Positions 28,811-38,089 of a stretch of 62,424 nucleotides of DNA are shown here, piece by piece. This DNA is from a virus (taxonomy: Duplodnaviria > Caudoviricetes). The position numbers were made by a program, and so were the translations under genes. Below the pieces are notes generated by a model. It saw only the letters and a list, made by a program, of their open reading frames with translations, searched no databases and had not been told where the DNA came from. The first letter of the stretch is position 1. The number at the start of each line of letters is the position of its first letter. The DNA is taken from positions 1-62,424 of IMG/VR virus record IMGVR_UViG_3300011918_000036; one strand, 5' to 3'.

Positions 28811-31433
28811 ACGCAACCTATCGATTCGACTCGCTGTCATTGATGGCGGAAAAGTCAAAGCCGAACTGGCAGACGTGGGTGAGGCCGGAGAGCGTTCTCT
28901 CAAGAAAATCGAGTCTGCATCGCAACCAGCATCGGCTGGTCTGAACCTGTTGTCCAAAGCGGCCAACGACGCTTTCGTGCGCATGGAGGACGCCACTTCC
29001 CGTCTCGGGATGCTGGGCAGCGTACTCGGTCGCCTTGGTCCCGCAGGATTAATCGTGGGTGCATCTGTTGCTGCGGTCGGTTACGGCATGCATCAACTGG
29101 TTGTTCCGGTCGCTGAAGTTGGCGAAGAGCTCAACAAGCTTTCCCAGAAAACCGCAGTCTCAGTCGAGGCCTTGTCGGCGTTGCTGTATGCCTCAGAGTT
29201 GTCGGATGTGAGCGCTGAGAGCCTGACCAAGGCGCTCAAATTTCTCTCGACTGCCATGTTCGACGCCAAAGTCAAGGGTGGGGAAGGCAGCGCGGCGCTC
29301 AAGGCATTCGGAGTCTCGGCGCTGGATGCACAAGGGCAGATTCGTCCGACGGAGCAGGTGCTGTTGGACCTGGCTGAGAAATTCGCGGCCATGCCTGACA
29401 GTGCAGAAAAGGCAGCCCTGGCTGTCAAGCTGTTCGGCAAGAACGGACTGGACATGATTCCCATGCTCAACCAAGGGCGCGATGGGCTGACTGAAATGAT
29501 GGAAGAGGCCAAGCGCCTCGGCCTGGTCATGTCTGCTGATGCAGCACGCGCTGCAGAGGAGTTCAACGACAACATGAAGCGCTTGCACGCGGTCAACGAA
29601 GGCGTTCAGCGCCAAATCGGATCCGCGTTGCTGCCGATCCTGGCTGACCTGACGGAGCAGATGTTCCTGGCCAAAACCGAGGCCGGAGGATTCACGAGTG
29701 AGTTGCAAGCGATCACGCACAACCGTCAGCAAGTCCTGACGTTCCTTGAGGAGGTCGCAACTGGTCTTGGGTTCATCGCCGAGTCGGCTGTACTTGCCAA
29801 GCGCGTGATCAGCCAACCGTTTGACAGTTTGTCTGTCGTCGCAAAGGACGTCGAGACTTGGATCAAGACAGATCTTCTTCGATCCATGAAGTCGATGGGT
29901 TATGACGAGGGACAAATCAATGCTGAAATAGCCAAACTGCAAGCAGCTCGCGATCGATTTGTGGAGGCCGCTAACGATCGATTGATGAATCTCAATGACA
30001 ACCCTGGGTACGTCAACCGTATCGAAAAGTTCTTTGATGAACAGCGACGCACTGTTCGAGTCATGGGTCAGAGGTTTGTTCTGGATACTGCCGAGCAAGC
30101 CGCGCAGGTCCAGAAAATCTATGACGAATTCATTCCCAAGATGCCTCGTAAGCGGCCAAGTGGATTAGACCTAACAGGGTTTGAGAAGAACAACGAGGGC
30201 TTGCAGTTCTTGAAGCAACTTGAGCAGCGTGCGACGCGAGTAACTCAAGGTGAAGGCGCTGAACTCAGAGCGCGAGCTTTGGAGCTGGAACGCAAGGGAT
30301 ATGCGGGGGTGGTCAAGGAGGCCGAAAAGTACATCGACATGATCGAGCGTATGGAGAAGCAAAAGGAGGCCGACAAAAAGTTCGAGGAGTACGAGAAGGA
30401 GCTACAAAAGGCCCATCAAATCACCGAGAACTACATTGGCAACAACCGCCTCAAGCAGGAAGAGTTGCAGCTCAAGCGTCAGCTTCTGGACGTTGGCGAG
30501 ATCGAGCGGGCTGCCTTGCAGACTCGCTTCGAGATGGAAAAGGCCGCAGTCATGGCATTACGCCAGGCCGAGCAAATCAACGATCCCGGGCTCAAAGCCG
30601 AGGCCATCGCTGCGATCAACGATGCCTTGGCGCGGCAGTTGCCGATCGTCGAGCAGCTCGCTCGGGCCAACGTGGAATACCAGCGCAGCTTTGACTATGG
30701 CCTTCGGAGCTCTCTGCGCACCTACATTGAGGACGCTACCAATGCGGCCAAGCAGGCTGAACGTGCCGTGACCTCCGCCTTCAAAGGCATGGAGGACGCG
30801 ATGGTCCAGTTTGTAACGACCGGCAAGGTGGACTTCAACAGCTTGGCCAACTCGATCATCGCGGACCTGGTACGCATCCAGATCCAAAAAATGATCACCT
30901 TGCCTCTGGCCGGTTGGATGAGTGGACTGAATTTGTTTGGTGGTTCCAGTGGCGGTAACGGAATTGGTGGGGCATTCCCTGCTGGTGCCACTGACCTGAT
31001 GTCAGGCGGAACGATGGTGGCTCACACCGGTGGATTGATTGGCAGTGATGTACTGGCAACTCGATCAGTCGGACTGCATCACTTTGATGGAGCGCAGCGG
31101 TTTCATACCGGTGGAGTGGTGGCGGGCGAAGTCCCCATCATTGCTCAGCCTGGCGAGGCGGTATTCACGCCTGGTCAGCTTCGATCGCTGGGAGGCGCAC
31201 TGGCTAAAAACAATCCGTCACCAGTCAAGGTGGTGGTCAATGTCAACAACCACGCATCAGGCGTGGATGCTCGAGTTCAGACCAGCCAGCAGCCAGACGG
31301 CACCACCCGCCTGGATGTGATGGTTGAGCAGATCGAAGCACGTATGAGCCGATCTATCAACCAAGGTGTGGGTATAGCGCCCACTCTGGAGCGACGTTAT
31401 GGCCTCAATCCCGCAGTAGGAGCCTTGCGATGA
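28803..31433 (+). CDS. Tail tape measure protein
   Basis: 876 aa, Ala/Leu-rich helical; lambda-type C-terminal region with HTGG motifs. Confidence 0.92.
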   Translation: MAERNLSIRLAVIDGGKVKAELADVGEAGERSLKKIESASQPASAGLNLLSKAANDAFVRMEDATSRLGMLGSVLGRLGPAGLIVGASVAAVGYGMHQLVVPVAEVGEELNKLSQKTAVSVEALSALLYASELSDVSAESLTKALKFLSTAMFDAKVKGGEGSAALKAFGVSALDAQGQIRPTEQVLLDLAEKFAAMPDSAEKAALAVKLFGKNGLDMIPMLNQGRDGLTEMMEEAKRLGLVMSADAARAAEEFNDNMKRLHAVNEGVQRQIGSALLPILADLTEQMFLAKTEAGGFTSELQAITHNRQQVLTFLEEVATGLGFIAESAVLAKRVISQPFDSLSVVAKDVETWIKTDLLRSMKSMGYDEGQINAEIAKLQAARDRFVEAANDRLMNLNDNPGYVNRIEKFFDEQRRTVRVMGQRFVLDTAEQAAQVQKIYDEFIPKMPRKRPSGLDLTGFEKNNEGLQFLKQLEQRATRVTQGEGAELRARALELERKGYAGVVKEAEKYIDMIERMEKQKEADKKFEEYEKELQKAHQITENYIGNNRLKQEELQLKRQLLDVGEIERAALQTRFEMEKAAVMALRQAEQINDPGLKAEAIAAINDALARQLPIVEQLARANVEYQRSFDYGLRSSLRTYIEDATNAAKQAERAVTSAFKGMEDAMVQFVTTGKVDFNSLANSIIADLVRIQIQKMITLPLAGWMSGLNLFGGSSGGNGIGGAFPAGATDLMSGGTMVAHTGGLIGSDVLATRSVGLHHFDGAQRFHTGGVVAGEVPIIAQPGEAVFTPGQLRSLGGALAKNNPSPVKVVVNVNNHASGVDARVQTSQQPDGTTRLDVMVEQIEARMSRSINQGVGIAPTLERRYGLNPAVGALR

Positions 31434-31930
31434 GTGATGTGACCTTACCGGCGGGGATTCCCGTATGGCCGGACACCTTGCCGTTGCCTCGTATTGAGGG
31501 ATATGGGTTGGCCCCGCAGTCAAACGCCATTCGAACCGACATCGATTCAGGAGCCGCTCGGATGCGATTGCGATCTACCAGCACGCTCTACCGGGTTCGC
31601 TCAGAGTGGCGCTTCTCGCAAGAGGCGTTCGCAGTCTTTGATGCTTGGTGGATGCATGTGCTCAATCAAGGGGTGCTGTGGTTTGCGATGCCACTCACGG
31701 CTGGGTTGGGCGTTCAGGCGGTTCAAGCGCGATTCATTGCGCCATGGGACACCGAGCTTTTAGCGGGAAACAGGTGGCAGGTGAAAGCGCAACTAGAGGT
31801 GCAAGACTTTCCTCGGCTAAGTCCTGATGAGGTTCAGGTGGCCGCAGTACTTGGACCAGATGCCATCGCGCTGGGGGATCGCCTACATGCCTGGCTCAAT
31901 CAAACCATCGTGGCATCGGACTACTGGTAG
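31430..31930 (+). CDS. Distal tail (gpM/Dit-like) protein
   Basis: WPDTLPLP..IRTDIDSGAARMR; follows the tape measure gene. Confidence 0.7.
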   Translation: MSDVTLPAGIPVWPDTLPLPRIEGYGLAPQSNAIRTDIDSGAARMRLRSTSTLYRVRSEWRFSQEAFAVFDAWWMHVLNQGVLWFAMPLTAGLGVQAVQARFIAPWDTELLAGNRWQVKAQLEVQDFPRLSPDEVQVAAVLGPDAIALGDRLHAWLNQTIVASDYW

Positions 31931-31954
31931 CCATAGACACTAAGGAAATCAATC

Positions 31955-34663
31955 ATGACCCTCAAGACCCGGCTCGATCAAGCTGTGGGAACGATCGAGG
32001 GGGATGCAGGCTTACTCCATCAGATCGTCCACGGGGATGATCAGACAACCGTCACCACGCAAGGTGGTCAGGTCAAAAGTGTGGCCAACGTCATTCATGG
32101 AGTGCAGACCCAGCTTGATGCTTCCCGACAAGATCTGACCAATCAGGTTGCCACTGCAACTCAGCAAGCCACCAGCGCCGCGCAATCGGCCAGCAATGCC
32201 GCAAGCTCTGCGACGACAGCCAGCACCAAAGCAACGGCAGCCACTGATTCCGCGACCAGTGCTGCCAGCTCCGCTACTGCGGCGGCCACGTCGGCGGCGA
32301 CTGCCAGCACCAAGGCCAGTGATGCCAGTAGCAGCAAGACGGCAGCAGCAGCGTCTGCCACCAATGCTGCGACGAGTGCCGCTAATGCGGCTGGTTCTGC
32401 GACTGCTGCTTCGACCTCAGCGAGCACTGCCTCTCAAAAGGCAACCGATGCAGCTGTAAGTGCCAGCTCCGCATCTGCCTCGGCACTCACGGCCACCAAT
32501 AAAGCAGCGGACGCGCAAACTGCGTTGACTGCTGCGCAGGCGCAAGCCACCTTGGCATCCGATTGGGCGCAAAAGACCACGACCACAGTCGATGGTGCCG
32601 GTTATTCGGCTAAGTACTGGGCGGGTCAGGCGGCAAATTCTGCAGCCGTGGTCACCACCAATACGGTGATTCCGGCGGATGTCTTCACTGGTGATGGCGT
32701 CAAGACAGACTTCACTCTCTCACATCCAGTGGCGTACCCCGGCGCGTTGATGGTGACAGTGGCTGGTGTGCCTCAGGCCCCCATCGATGCCTATTCAGTC
32801 CCGACCACAACGACTCTGCGCTTTGTCTCGGCACCGACCAGCGGCGTGGCGATCAGTGTTCGATATTTGGACAAAGAGTCACAGTCTGGCGCAGCAGCTG
32901 CTCAAGAATGGGCCACCAAGACAAGTGGTGTTGTATCGGGGTCGACCGAATATTCGGCGAAATACCATGCGCAGGCTGCTGCCGCGAGTGCCACGTCTGC
33001 TGCACTTTCTGCATCAGCCGCATCGGGGAGCGCGACTGCGGCGGCGGGCTCGGCAACTACCGCCACGACCAAAGCTGCAGATGCTGCAACTTCGGCAACC
33101 AACGCTGCATCCTCGGCAACAACAGCCAGTACCAAAGCAACAGATGCAAGCGCATCGGCCACCAGTGCGGCAACCAGTGCAAGCGGGGCATCTACTTCGG
33201 CCACTACGGCGTCCAGTAAAGCCACGGATGCAGGCAATAGCGCATCAGCGGCAGCAGGCTCAGCAACAAGTGCGGCCAGCAGTGCCACTGTGGCTCAGGA
33301 CTGGGCAACCAAGACGTCGGCACCGGTCAGTGGCAGCGACTACTCTGCGAAATACTACGCACAGTCGATTTCTGCCTCAGCAGCTACCGCCTCTCAAAAG
33401 GCGACAGACGCTGCAACGAGTGCAACAGCGGCGGCATCTTCGGCCACTGCGGCATCAAGCAAGGCTTCTGATGCAGCGACGTCGGCCACCAATGCTGCAT
33501 CGTCGGCGAGTACGGCATCTGCCCAAGCAGTCGCGGCGGCAAGTTCGGCTACCAGCGCGGCATCGTCTGCCATGGCAGCGGCAGGTTCTGCAACAACGGC
33601 CAGTACCAAGGCTTCGGATGCAGGCAATAGTGCCAGCGCTGCAGCCACCTCGGCCAGCAATGCCAGCACTAGCGCTGCCAACGCGTCGAGTTCAGCCAGT
33701 GCTGCGTCTGTATCGGCGGCAACTGCCAGCACAAAAGCGGCAGAGGCTTCGACCAGTGCGTCGGCAGCAGCTAATTCGGCCACTGCTGCTTCTGGCAGTG
33801 CCGCCAGCGCAGCAAGTTCTCTGACTGCGTCTCAGACGCAAGCAACCTTGGCTGCTGACTGGGCGCAAAAGACGACTGGAACGGTTGATGGAAGCGGCTT
33901 CTCGGCCAAGTACTGGGCAGGACAAGCAGCAGGATCTGCAGCAGCGGTGACTGCCAATACGGTCATTCCAGCTGATGTGTTCACGGGCGATGGCGTCAAA
34001 ACTGATTTCACGATCAGCCGACCTGTCGGATACCCGGGCGCACTCATGGTGACGGTGGCTGGGGTGCCACAAGCCCCCCTGGATGCGTACATCACACCGG
34101 CGACCACGACATTGCGTTTCACCTCAGCTCCGGCCAACGGGGTGGTGATCAGCGTGCGATACCTGGACAAGGAGGCGCAGTCTGGCGCAGCCGCAGCCGA
34201 AGAGTGGGCAAACAAGACGTCAGGCCCTGTTTCTGGATCGACCGAGTATTCAGCCAAGTACTACGCGCAGTCCATTGCTGCCAATGCTGCCATCGCAAGT
34301 CAGCAAGCAACCAGCGCGGCGAACTCGGCAACGGCTTCGGCGGGTAGTGCCACTGCATCAGCGAACTCTGCGACGGCTTCAGCCGCCTCGGCTACACAGG
34401 CCCAGAGCTACATGAGCCAGGCGCAGGGATATGCCGCTGCGGCGGGCGGATCCAACGTCGCTCCGCAGGTCTTTACAGGCAACGGTTCGGCTACGGATTT
34501 CAGTCTGAGCACAGCAGCATCCAGCGTCCATAAATTGATCGTGACGGTCAATTACGTGGTCCAGGACTCGCTCGATGCCTACGTCCTGGTCAATTCCGGG
34601 GCGACTTTGCGATTCACATCGGCACCAACCGCCAGCGCGCGGATTGTGGTGCGTTACATCTAA
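31955..34663 (+). CDS. Side tail fibre with Ala/Ser/Thr repeats and duplicated beta modules
   Basis: Stf-like A/S/T tracts, five W-A-x-K-T..SAKY motifs, three FTGDG/FTGNG..LRF.SAP modules. Confidence 0.75.
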   Translation: MTLKTRLDQAVGTIEGDAGLLHQIVHGDDQTTVTTQGGQVKSVANVIHGVQTQLDASRQDLTNQVATATQQATSAAQSASNAASSATTASTKATAATDSATSAASSATAAATSAATASTKASDASSSKTAAAASATNAATSAANAAGSATAASTSASTASQKATDAAVSASSASASALTATNKAADAQTALTAAQAQATLASDWAQKTTTTVDGAGYSAKYWAGQAANSAAVVTTNTVIPADVFTGDGVKTDFTLSHPVAYPGALMVTVAGVPQAPIDAYSVPTTTTLRFVSAPTSGVAISVRYLDKESQSGAAAAQEWATKTSGVVSGSTEYSAKYHAQAAAASATSAALSASAASGSATAAAGSATTATTKAADAATSATNAASSATTASTKATDASASATSAATSASGASTSATTASSKATDAGNSASAAAGSATSAASSATVAQDWATKTSAPVSGSDYSAKYYAQSISASAATASQKATDAATSATAAASSATAASSKASDAATSATNAASSASTASAQAVAAASSATSAASSAMAAAGSATTASTKASDAGNSASAAATSASNASTSAANASSSASAASVSAATASTKAAEASTSASAAANSATAASGSAASAASSLTASQTQATLAADWAQKTTGTVDGSGFSAKYWAGQAAGSAAAVTANTVIPADVFTGDGVKTDFTISRPVGYPGALMVTVAGVPQAPLDAYITPATTTLRFTSAPANGVVISVRYLDKEAQSGAAAAEEWANKTSGPVSGSTEYSAKYYAQSIAANAAIASQQATSAANSATASAGSATASANSATASAASATQAQSYMSQAQGYAAAAGGSNVAPQVFTGNGSATDFSLSTAASSVHKLIVTVNYVVQDSLDAYVLVNSGATLRFTSAPTASARIVVRYI

Positions 34664-34675
34664 CTAGGAGAAATC

Positions 34676-35230
34676 ATGGCGATTACGCGCATCCCCAAAG
34701 CGGGGTTGGATGATGCTCTGCAAACTGAGCTGAACGGCAAGTTGGACAAGGCTGGTGGAACCATGACAGGTTCCATCACGATGACCAACGGAGCCCTTTT
34801 CAAGAGCAGTGTGACAGGCGACGATGCCCGCAACACGGGCTACAAGATGGGCGATGGTCAGGACATCGGTGAGATGAACCGTTCGAGCCAGTATTACGAC
34901 GACCGTGCAAGCAATTGCAACGGCTATCTGCCTAACGGCAACTGTGCCGGTAATGGCAACTGGAACCCGCCAAATGGCAACTGGTGGACTTGGGGCGTCA
35001 GTGGTGTTCCTACCGGCAATTGCGCCAACTGGGGAAGCTATGACGGAGCAGGCGGTACGAGCCAGGTTTTCAATGCGGTGTCTGTAGGGTTCAACTACGA
35101 CGGGTACTACGAGGCGGCCAATGAAATTGGCGGATCGGAATACCACCGCTGGTATCGGAATTGCAATTGCGGTGCATTCAATTGCCGAACCAACTGCAAT
35201 TGCAACTGCGCTTGCTGTGGCTGCTGCTGA
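34676..35230 (+). CDS. Short fibre-like protein with Asn-Cys-rich C-terminus; candidate modification substrate
   Basis: N-terminal KLDKAGGTMTG fibre repeat; 13 Cys, 9 as NC; ends NCNCGAFNCRTNCNCNCACCGCC. Confidence 0.75.
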   Translation: MAITRIPKAGLDDALQTELNGKLDKAGGTMTGSITMTNGALFKSSVTGDDARNTGYKMGDGQDIGEMNRSSQYYDDRASNCNGYLPNGNCAGNGNWNPPNGNWWTWGVSGVPTGNCANWGSYDGAGGTSQVFNAVSVGFNYDGYYEAANEIGGSEYHRWYRNCNCGAFNCRTNCNCNCACCGCC

Positions 35231-35239
35231 GGAGGTGAG

Positions 35240-36073
35240 ATGAAGGTCTATATCACCCGCCCCCCCGCCTATGCCAGTTCACCTGATCACGTCGTGCGTG
35301 TTTTTGTGGATTCGGCCAGGAAGCATGTCGGAGTGGAGATGTGCATTGTTTTCTCGCCCAACCCCAGCGAGCCATTGCCCGATGACGAATCCGTCCTGCA
35401 AAGCGGCGAGAAGTTTTACAAGGTCATCGCAGTCAGTGAGTTTGACTATGAGTTGCTCAAAAAAAGCACCGGTTGGGCAGATCGTCAAGCTTGGCATCTG
35501 ACTTTCCGATGGGACGTTCGATCCTTTACCGATCCGATCCCACTCTATACCTACTCGATGGCAACCAAGATGTCTGCACCCGAACTGTCGCGAACGACTT
35601 ATCAGAACAACCTATCCGTAGGGTTCGTGGTTCCGTTTGCAGACTCGTTGTTCGAGGAGTGCGCAGTGACCGTGAACATCAACCCCGATGTGAACAAAGG
35701 CGATTGCGTGGTTCTTGGGGTAGATGCGTCGGACATTGAGCGCACAGACTATTCAGCCAGCGCCCAGGTGCGCGAGTTGATCTTGCTGCCTGGTGTTCAA
35801 GTGTCTGCCCCTGCGAGCTGCACAGCTAACGGACAAGTCGATGTGCATTTGCAGGTTGTAGATGCCAACGACCAGCCCCTTGAGCGCGATGCAGAGATTT
35901 TTCTGGAGACAGTCAACGGTTACCTGCCCAAGACCCGAATCAAAACAGTCAATGGACAGGCCATCGTTCCTTTCCTGGCGTTGGGACTGAATGACGGAGA
36001 CTCGGCTCGCGTCAAGGCTGGGTTCAAGTATTTCAGCGGAGCCTCTGATGCGTCCATCCAGATCCGTGACTAA
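35240..36073 (+). CDS. Hypothetical protein with probable C-terminal Ig-like domain
   Basis: GGAGGT RBS; VHLQVVDANDQPL..TVNGQAIV..VKAG pattern of alternating beta strands. Confidence 0.65.
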   Translation: MKVYITRPPAYASSPDHVVRVFVDSARKHVGVEMCIVFSPNPSEPLPDDESVLQSGEKFYKVIAVSEFDYELLKKSTGWADRQAWHLTFRWDVRSFTDPIPLYTYSMATKMSAPELSRTTYQNNLSVGFVVPFADSLFEECAVTVNINPDVNKGDCVVLGVDASDIERTDYSASAQVRELILLPGVQVSAPASCTANGQVDVHLQVVDANDQPLERDAEIFLETVNGYLPKTRIKTVNGQAIVPFLALGLNDGDSARVKAGFKYFSGASDASIQIRD

Positions 36074-36674
36074 GGAGCTGTTTGGCGCGCGGGTGTACGT
36101 TGGAATGCACTCCTTTGATCCTGAGTTGATGACGACGATGTGTATTCAGGCGCTGGCCTTGCATGAACACACCAATCCTCACGGTATGCCTTGGTCGCGA
36201 AGCACGCGAGAAAGTCTGCATCTGATGCCTGCATTTGATCCAGTCATCCGGTTGATCGAGAGTGTTGTAGCGCAGGAATACGGCTGCAGTGTGAGCGAAA
36301 TGACAGGACGCGAGGTAGTGGTCAAGCGGGGTCAGTGCTTGCCATTGCACTGCGAGGATACGGATTTGTCTGCGGTGTTCATCCTAAGCACCCAGGCACA
36401 ACCGGATCCCTCGCGCAGCGACTACTCCGGAGCCTTTGTGCTGGTCAATCCGAGTGGAACATTCGGTTTCAAGAACTTGCCGTGGGAAGGCTTGCGATCG
36501 GAATTGATCTATCCGGCATCAGGAATGCTCCTGATCTTTCCCAGCTACTTGGCGCATCACACCCACCCCTATAACGCAGAGGAGCCCGCCGTTGAGTTGC
36601 ACTTTGAACTCAGCGTGGCCGATAACCATGCAAATCAACGTTTACGACAACCTAGCTTCCCCCGATCTCTTTGA
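36048..36674 (+). CDS. Putative Fe(II)/2OG oxygenase 1
   Basis: LPLHCEDTDLSAVF and LLIFPSYLAHHTHP, DSBH-type His pattern. Confidence 0.75.
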   Translation: MRPSRSVTKELFGARVYVGMHSFDPELMTTMCIQALALHEHTNPHGMPWSRSTRESLHLMPAFDPVIRLIESVVAQEYGCSVSEMTGREVVVKRGQCLPLHCEDTDLSAVFILSTQAQPDPSRSDYSGAFVLVNPSGTFGFKNLPWEGLRSELIYPASGMLLIFPSYLAHHTHPYNAEEPAVELHFELSVADNHANQRLRQPSFPRSL

Positions 36675-37215
36675 AGCTGCCCGCGTGTGGCTTCTAGCTC
36701 AAAGCCCGATCTTTGGCTGGCGCGCTCATGCTCAGGCCCCTGGTACGTTTTGGCATCGAAACTTTGTGTTGCCTGGAACGCATCAACACCACTATGACGA
36801 TGGTGCATGGAATTCGGATTTGAGCTATGAGTCCTTTTTGAAAAATTCAGGCCCCTTTGCCGATGTAGCGGAAATAGTTCGACGCGAGCATTTTGGAGAT
36901 GTCGCCTTGACTCGTGTTTGGGCGAACTACCAGACATTTGGCGATGAATCCGCATTTCATCGTGACTTCCCGGCGCAGTACTCAAAATCGGCCCGCACGG
37001 CGATTTGGTATCCGGTGATGCGTTGGGATCGCGACTGGGGAGGCGACTTTGTCACCCTTGATGAAGAAGGCGAGGTGAATGCTTGTACCTTGATCAAGCC
37101 CAATCGTCTGGTGGTTTTCAACGGAACACAAACACACGCAGCTCGACCGATATCCCGGTATTGCAACGAGCTGCGCATTGCTGTCTCTTTTGGATGCGAG
37201 GTTACCCATGATTGA
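36628..37215 (+). CDS. Fe(II)/2OG oxygenase 2 (prolyl-hydroxylase-like)
   Basis: SAFHRD (HxD), WDRDWGG, PNRLVVFNG..HAARP, distal R (LRIAVSF). Confidence 0.85.
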   Translation: MQINVYDNLASPDLFEAARVWLLAQSPIFGWRAHAQAPGTFWHRNFVLPGTHQHHYDDGAWNSDLSYESFLKNSGPFADVAEIVRREHFGDVALTRVWANYQTFGDESAFHRDFPAQYSKSARTAIWYPVMRWDRDWGGDFVTLDEEGEVNACTLIKPNRLVVFNGTQTHAARPISRYCNELRIAVSFGCEVTHD

Positions 37216-37873
37216 ACATTTATGGAGTACGCCTGTCCTGCATGAAGCCTCGCCATTCGCAGCGGACCAGATCAATGAGCTGAAGACGTTCACGACGGAG
37301 CGCTTTAAGAATCACAAGGCCCATCCTCCGCGACATGCAATGCCTGATGTGCCAGTGAAATTGCGCACCCAATTGAACCTCTTTTTGCCAGAGCATGAAA
37401 TGCAGGCCCCACCTGTCTGGTTTGAGTTCAAAAAGTGGGTCGATAAGACCTACCGTACTTATTTGCAAGAGGCTCACGGGGTCAGGAATGCAAGTGAACT
37501 CGATGTGCTGGCGCGCTGCATTCCTGTCTGCTACCAAAAGGGGATGCGGGCTCAGCCGCACTATCACCACACAGGTGACCACGTTCTTTGCCTGTACCTC
37601 GACTGTGGCCGAGAACGAAGTCCTCCACAGGACCGTGATTGGACGGTCGGAGATGGAGAGCTGCTTTTACAGGACCCCCGCCCGATGGCGGGGTTTCCGT
37701 TTTGGGAAAAGGTTCGATACATCGAAACAACTCCTGGGTTGTTTGTTTTGCATCCCTCACGGATATGGCACGAGACCAATCCCTTCAACTCCCCCAGTGG
37801 GGAGCGCGTCCTGTTGGTCGTCACCTTCCGCGTGGCCTCCCACAACTACACAGAGCTTTACACCCGGCTATGA
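37208..37873 (+). CDS. Putative Fe(II)/2OG oxygenase 3 (TIGR02466-like)
   Basis: HLWSTPV start, PHYH (HxH), GELLLQDPRP, HPSRIWHETNP, ERVLLVVTF. Confidence 0.8.
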   Translation: MIEHLWSTPVLHEASPFAADQINELKTFTTERFKNHKAHPPRHAMPDVPVKLRTQLNLFLPEHEMQAPPVWFEFKKWVDKTYRTYLQEAHGVRNASELDVLARCIPVCYQKGMRAQPHYHHTGDHVLCLYLDCGRERSPPQDRDWTVGDGELLLQDPRPMAGFPFWEKVRYIETTPGLFVLHPSRIWHETNPFNSPSGERVLLVVTFRVASHNYTELYTRL

Positions 37874-37885
37874 GCTGGGCAGGAG

Positions 37886-38089
37886 ATGACCTTGATTGAG
37901 AAAACCATAGAGCTCGTTGATGACGAGCATGTCTTGTTTACCGTAACAGTCTTGGATGGTGAGCGCATCCGCTCCCGCCGTGAATATCACTTGGCCAAGT
38001 TTGCACACCAGAGTGCGCAGGAGGTGTGCCGTCAGGCATGCCCTGAGGCTTTTGCCGATGAACCGGCAATGCAAAGTGCAGGTGCGTGA
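37886..38089 (+). CDS. Small hypothetical protein coupled to the radical SAM gene
   Basis: 67 aa; stop overlaps the rSAM start (TGATG). Confidence 0.6.
   Translation: MTLIEKTIELVDDEHVLFTVTVLDGERIRSRREYHLAKFAHQSAQEVCRQACPEAFADEPAMQSAGA

Noticed and set aside
29193-30098. 301-aa antisense ORF within the tape measure gene
   Set aside because: Typical antisense shadow of a GC-biased coding region; no motifs.
32148-33824. Long alternative-frame and antisense ORFs over the side fibre (e.g. 32766..33824, 352 aa)
   Set aside because: Shadow ORFs of GCN/TCN/ACN low-complexity codons; no RBS or recognisable motifs.
32561-34271. Duplicated blocks as a possible DGR template/variable repeat pair or CRISPR
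   Set aside because: Both copies are in-frame coding, the differences are not adenine-specific, and no reverse transcriptase or spacer pattern is present.
34661-34678. Side fibre and Cys-rich ORF are also in the same frame (TAA CTA GGA GAA ATC ATG)
   Set aside because: TAA is rarely read through and the downstream gene has its own AGGAG RBS; treated as two genes rather than a broken one.
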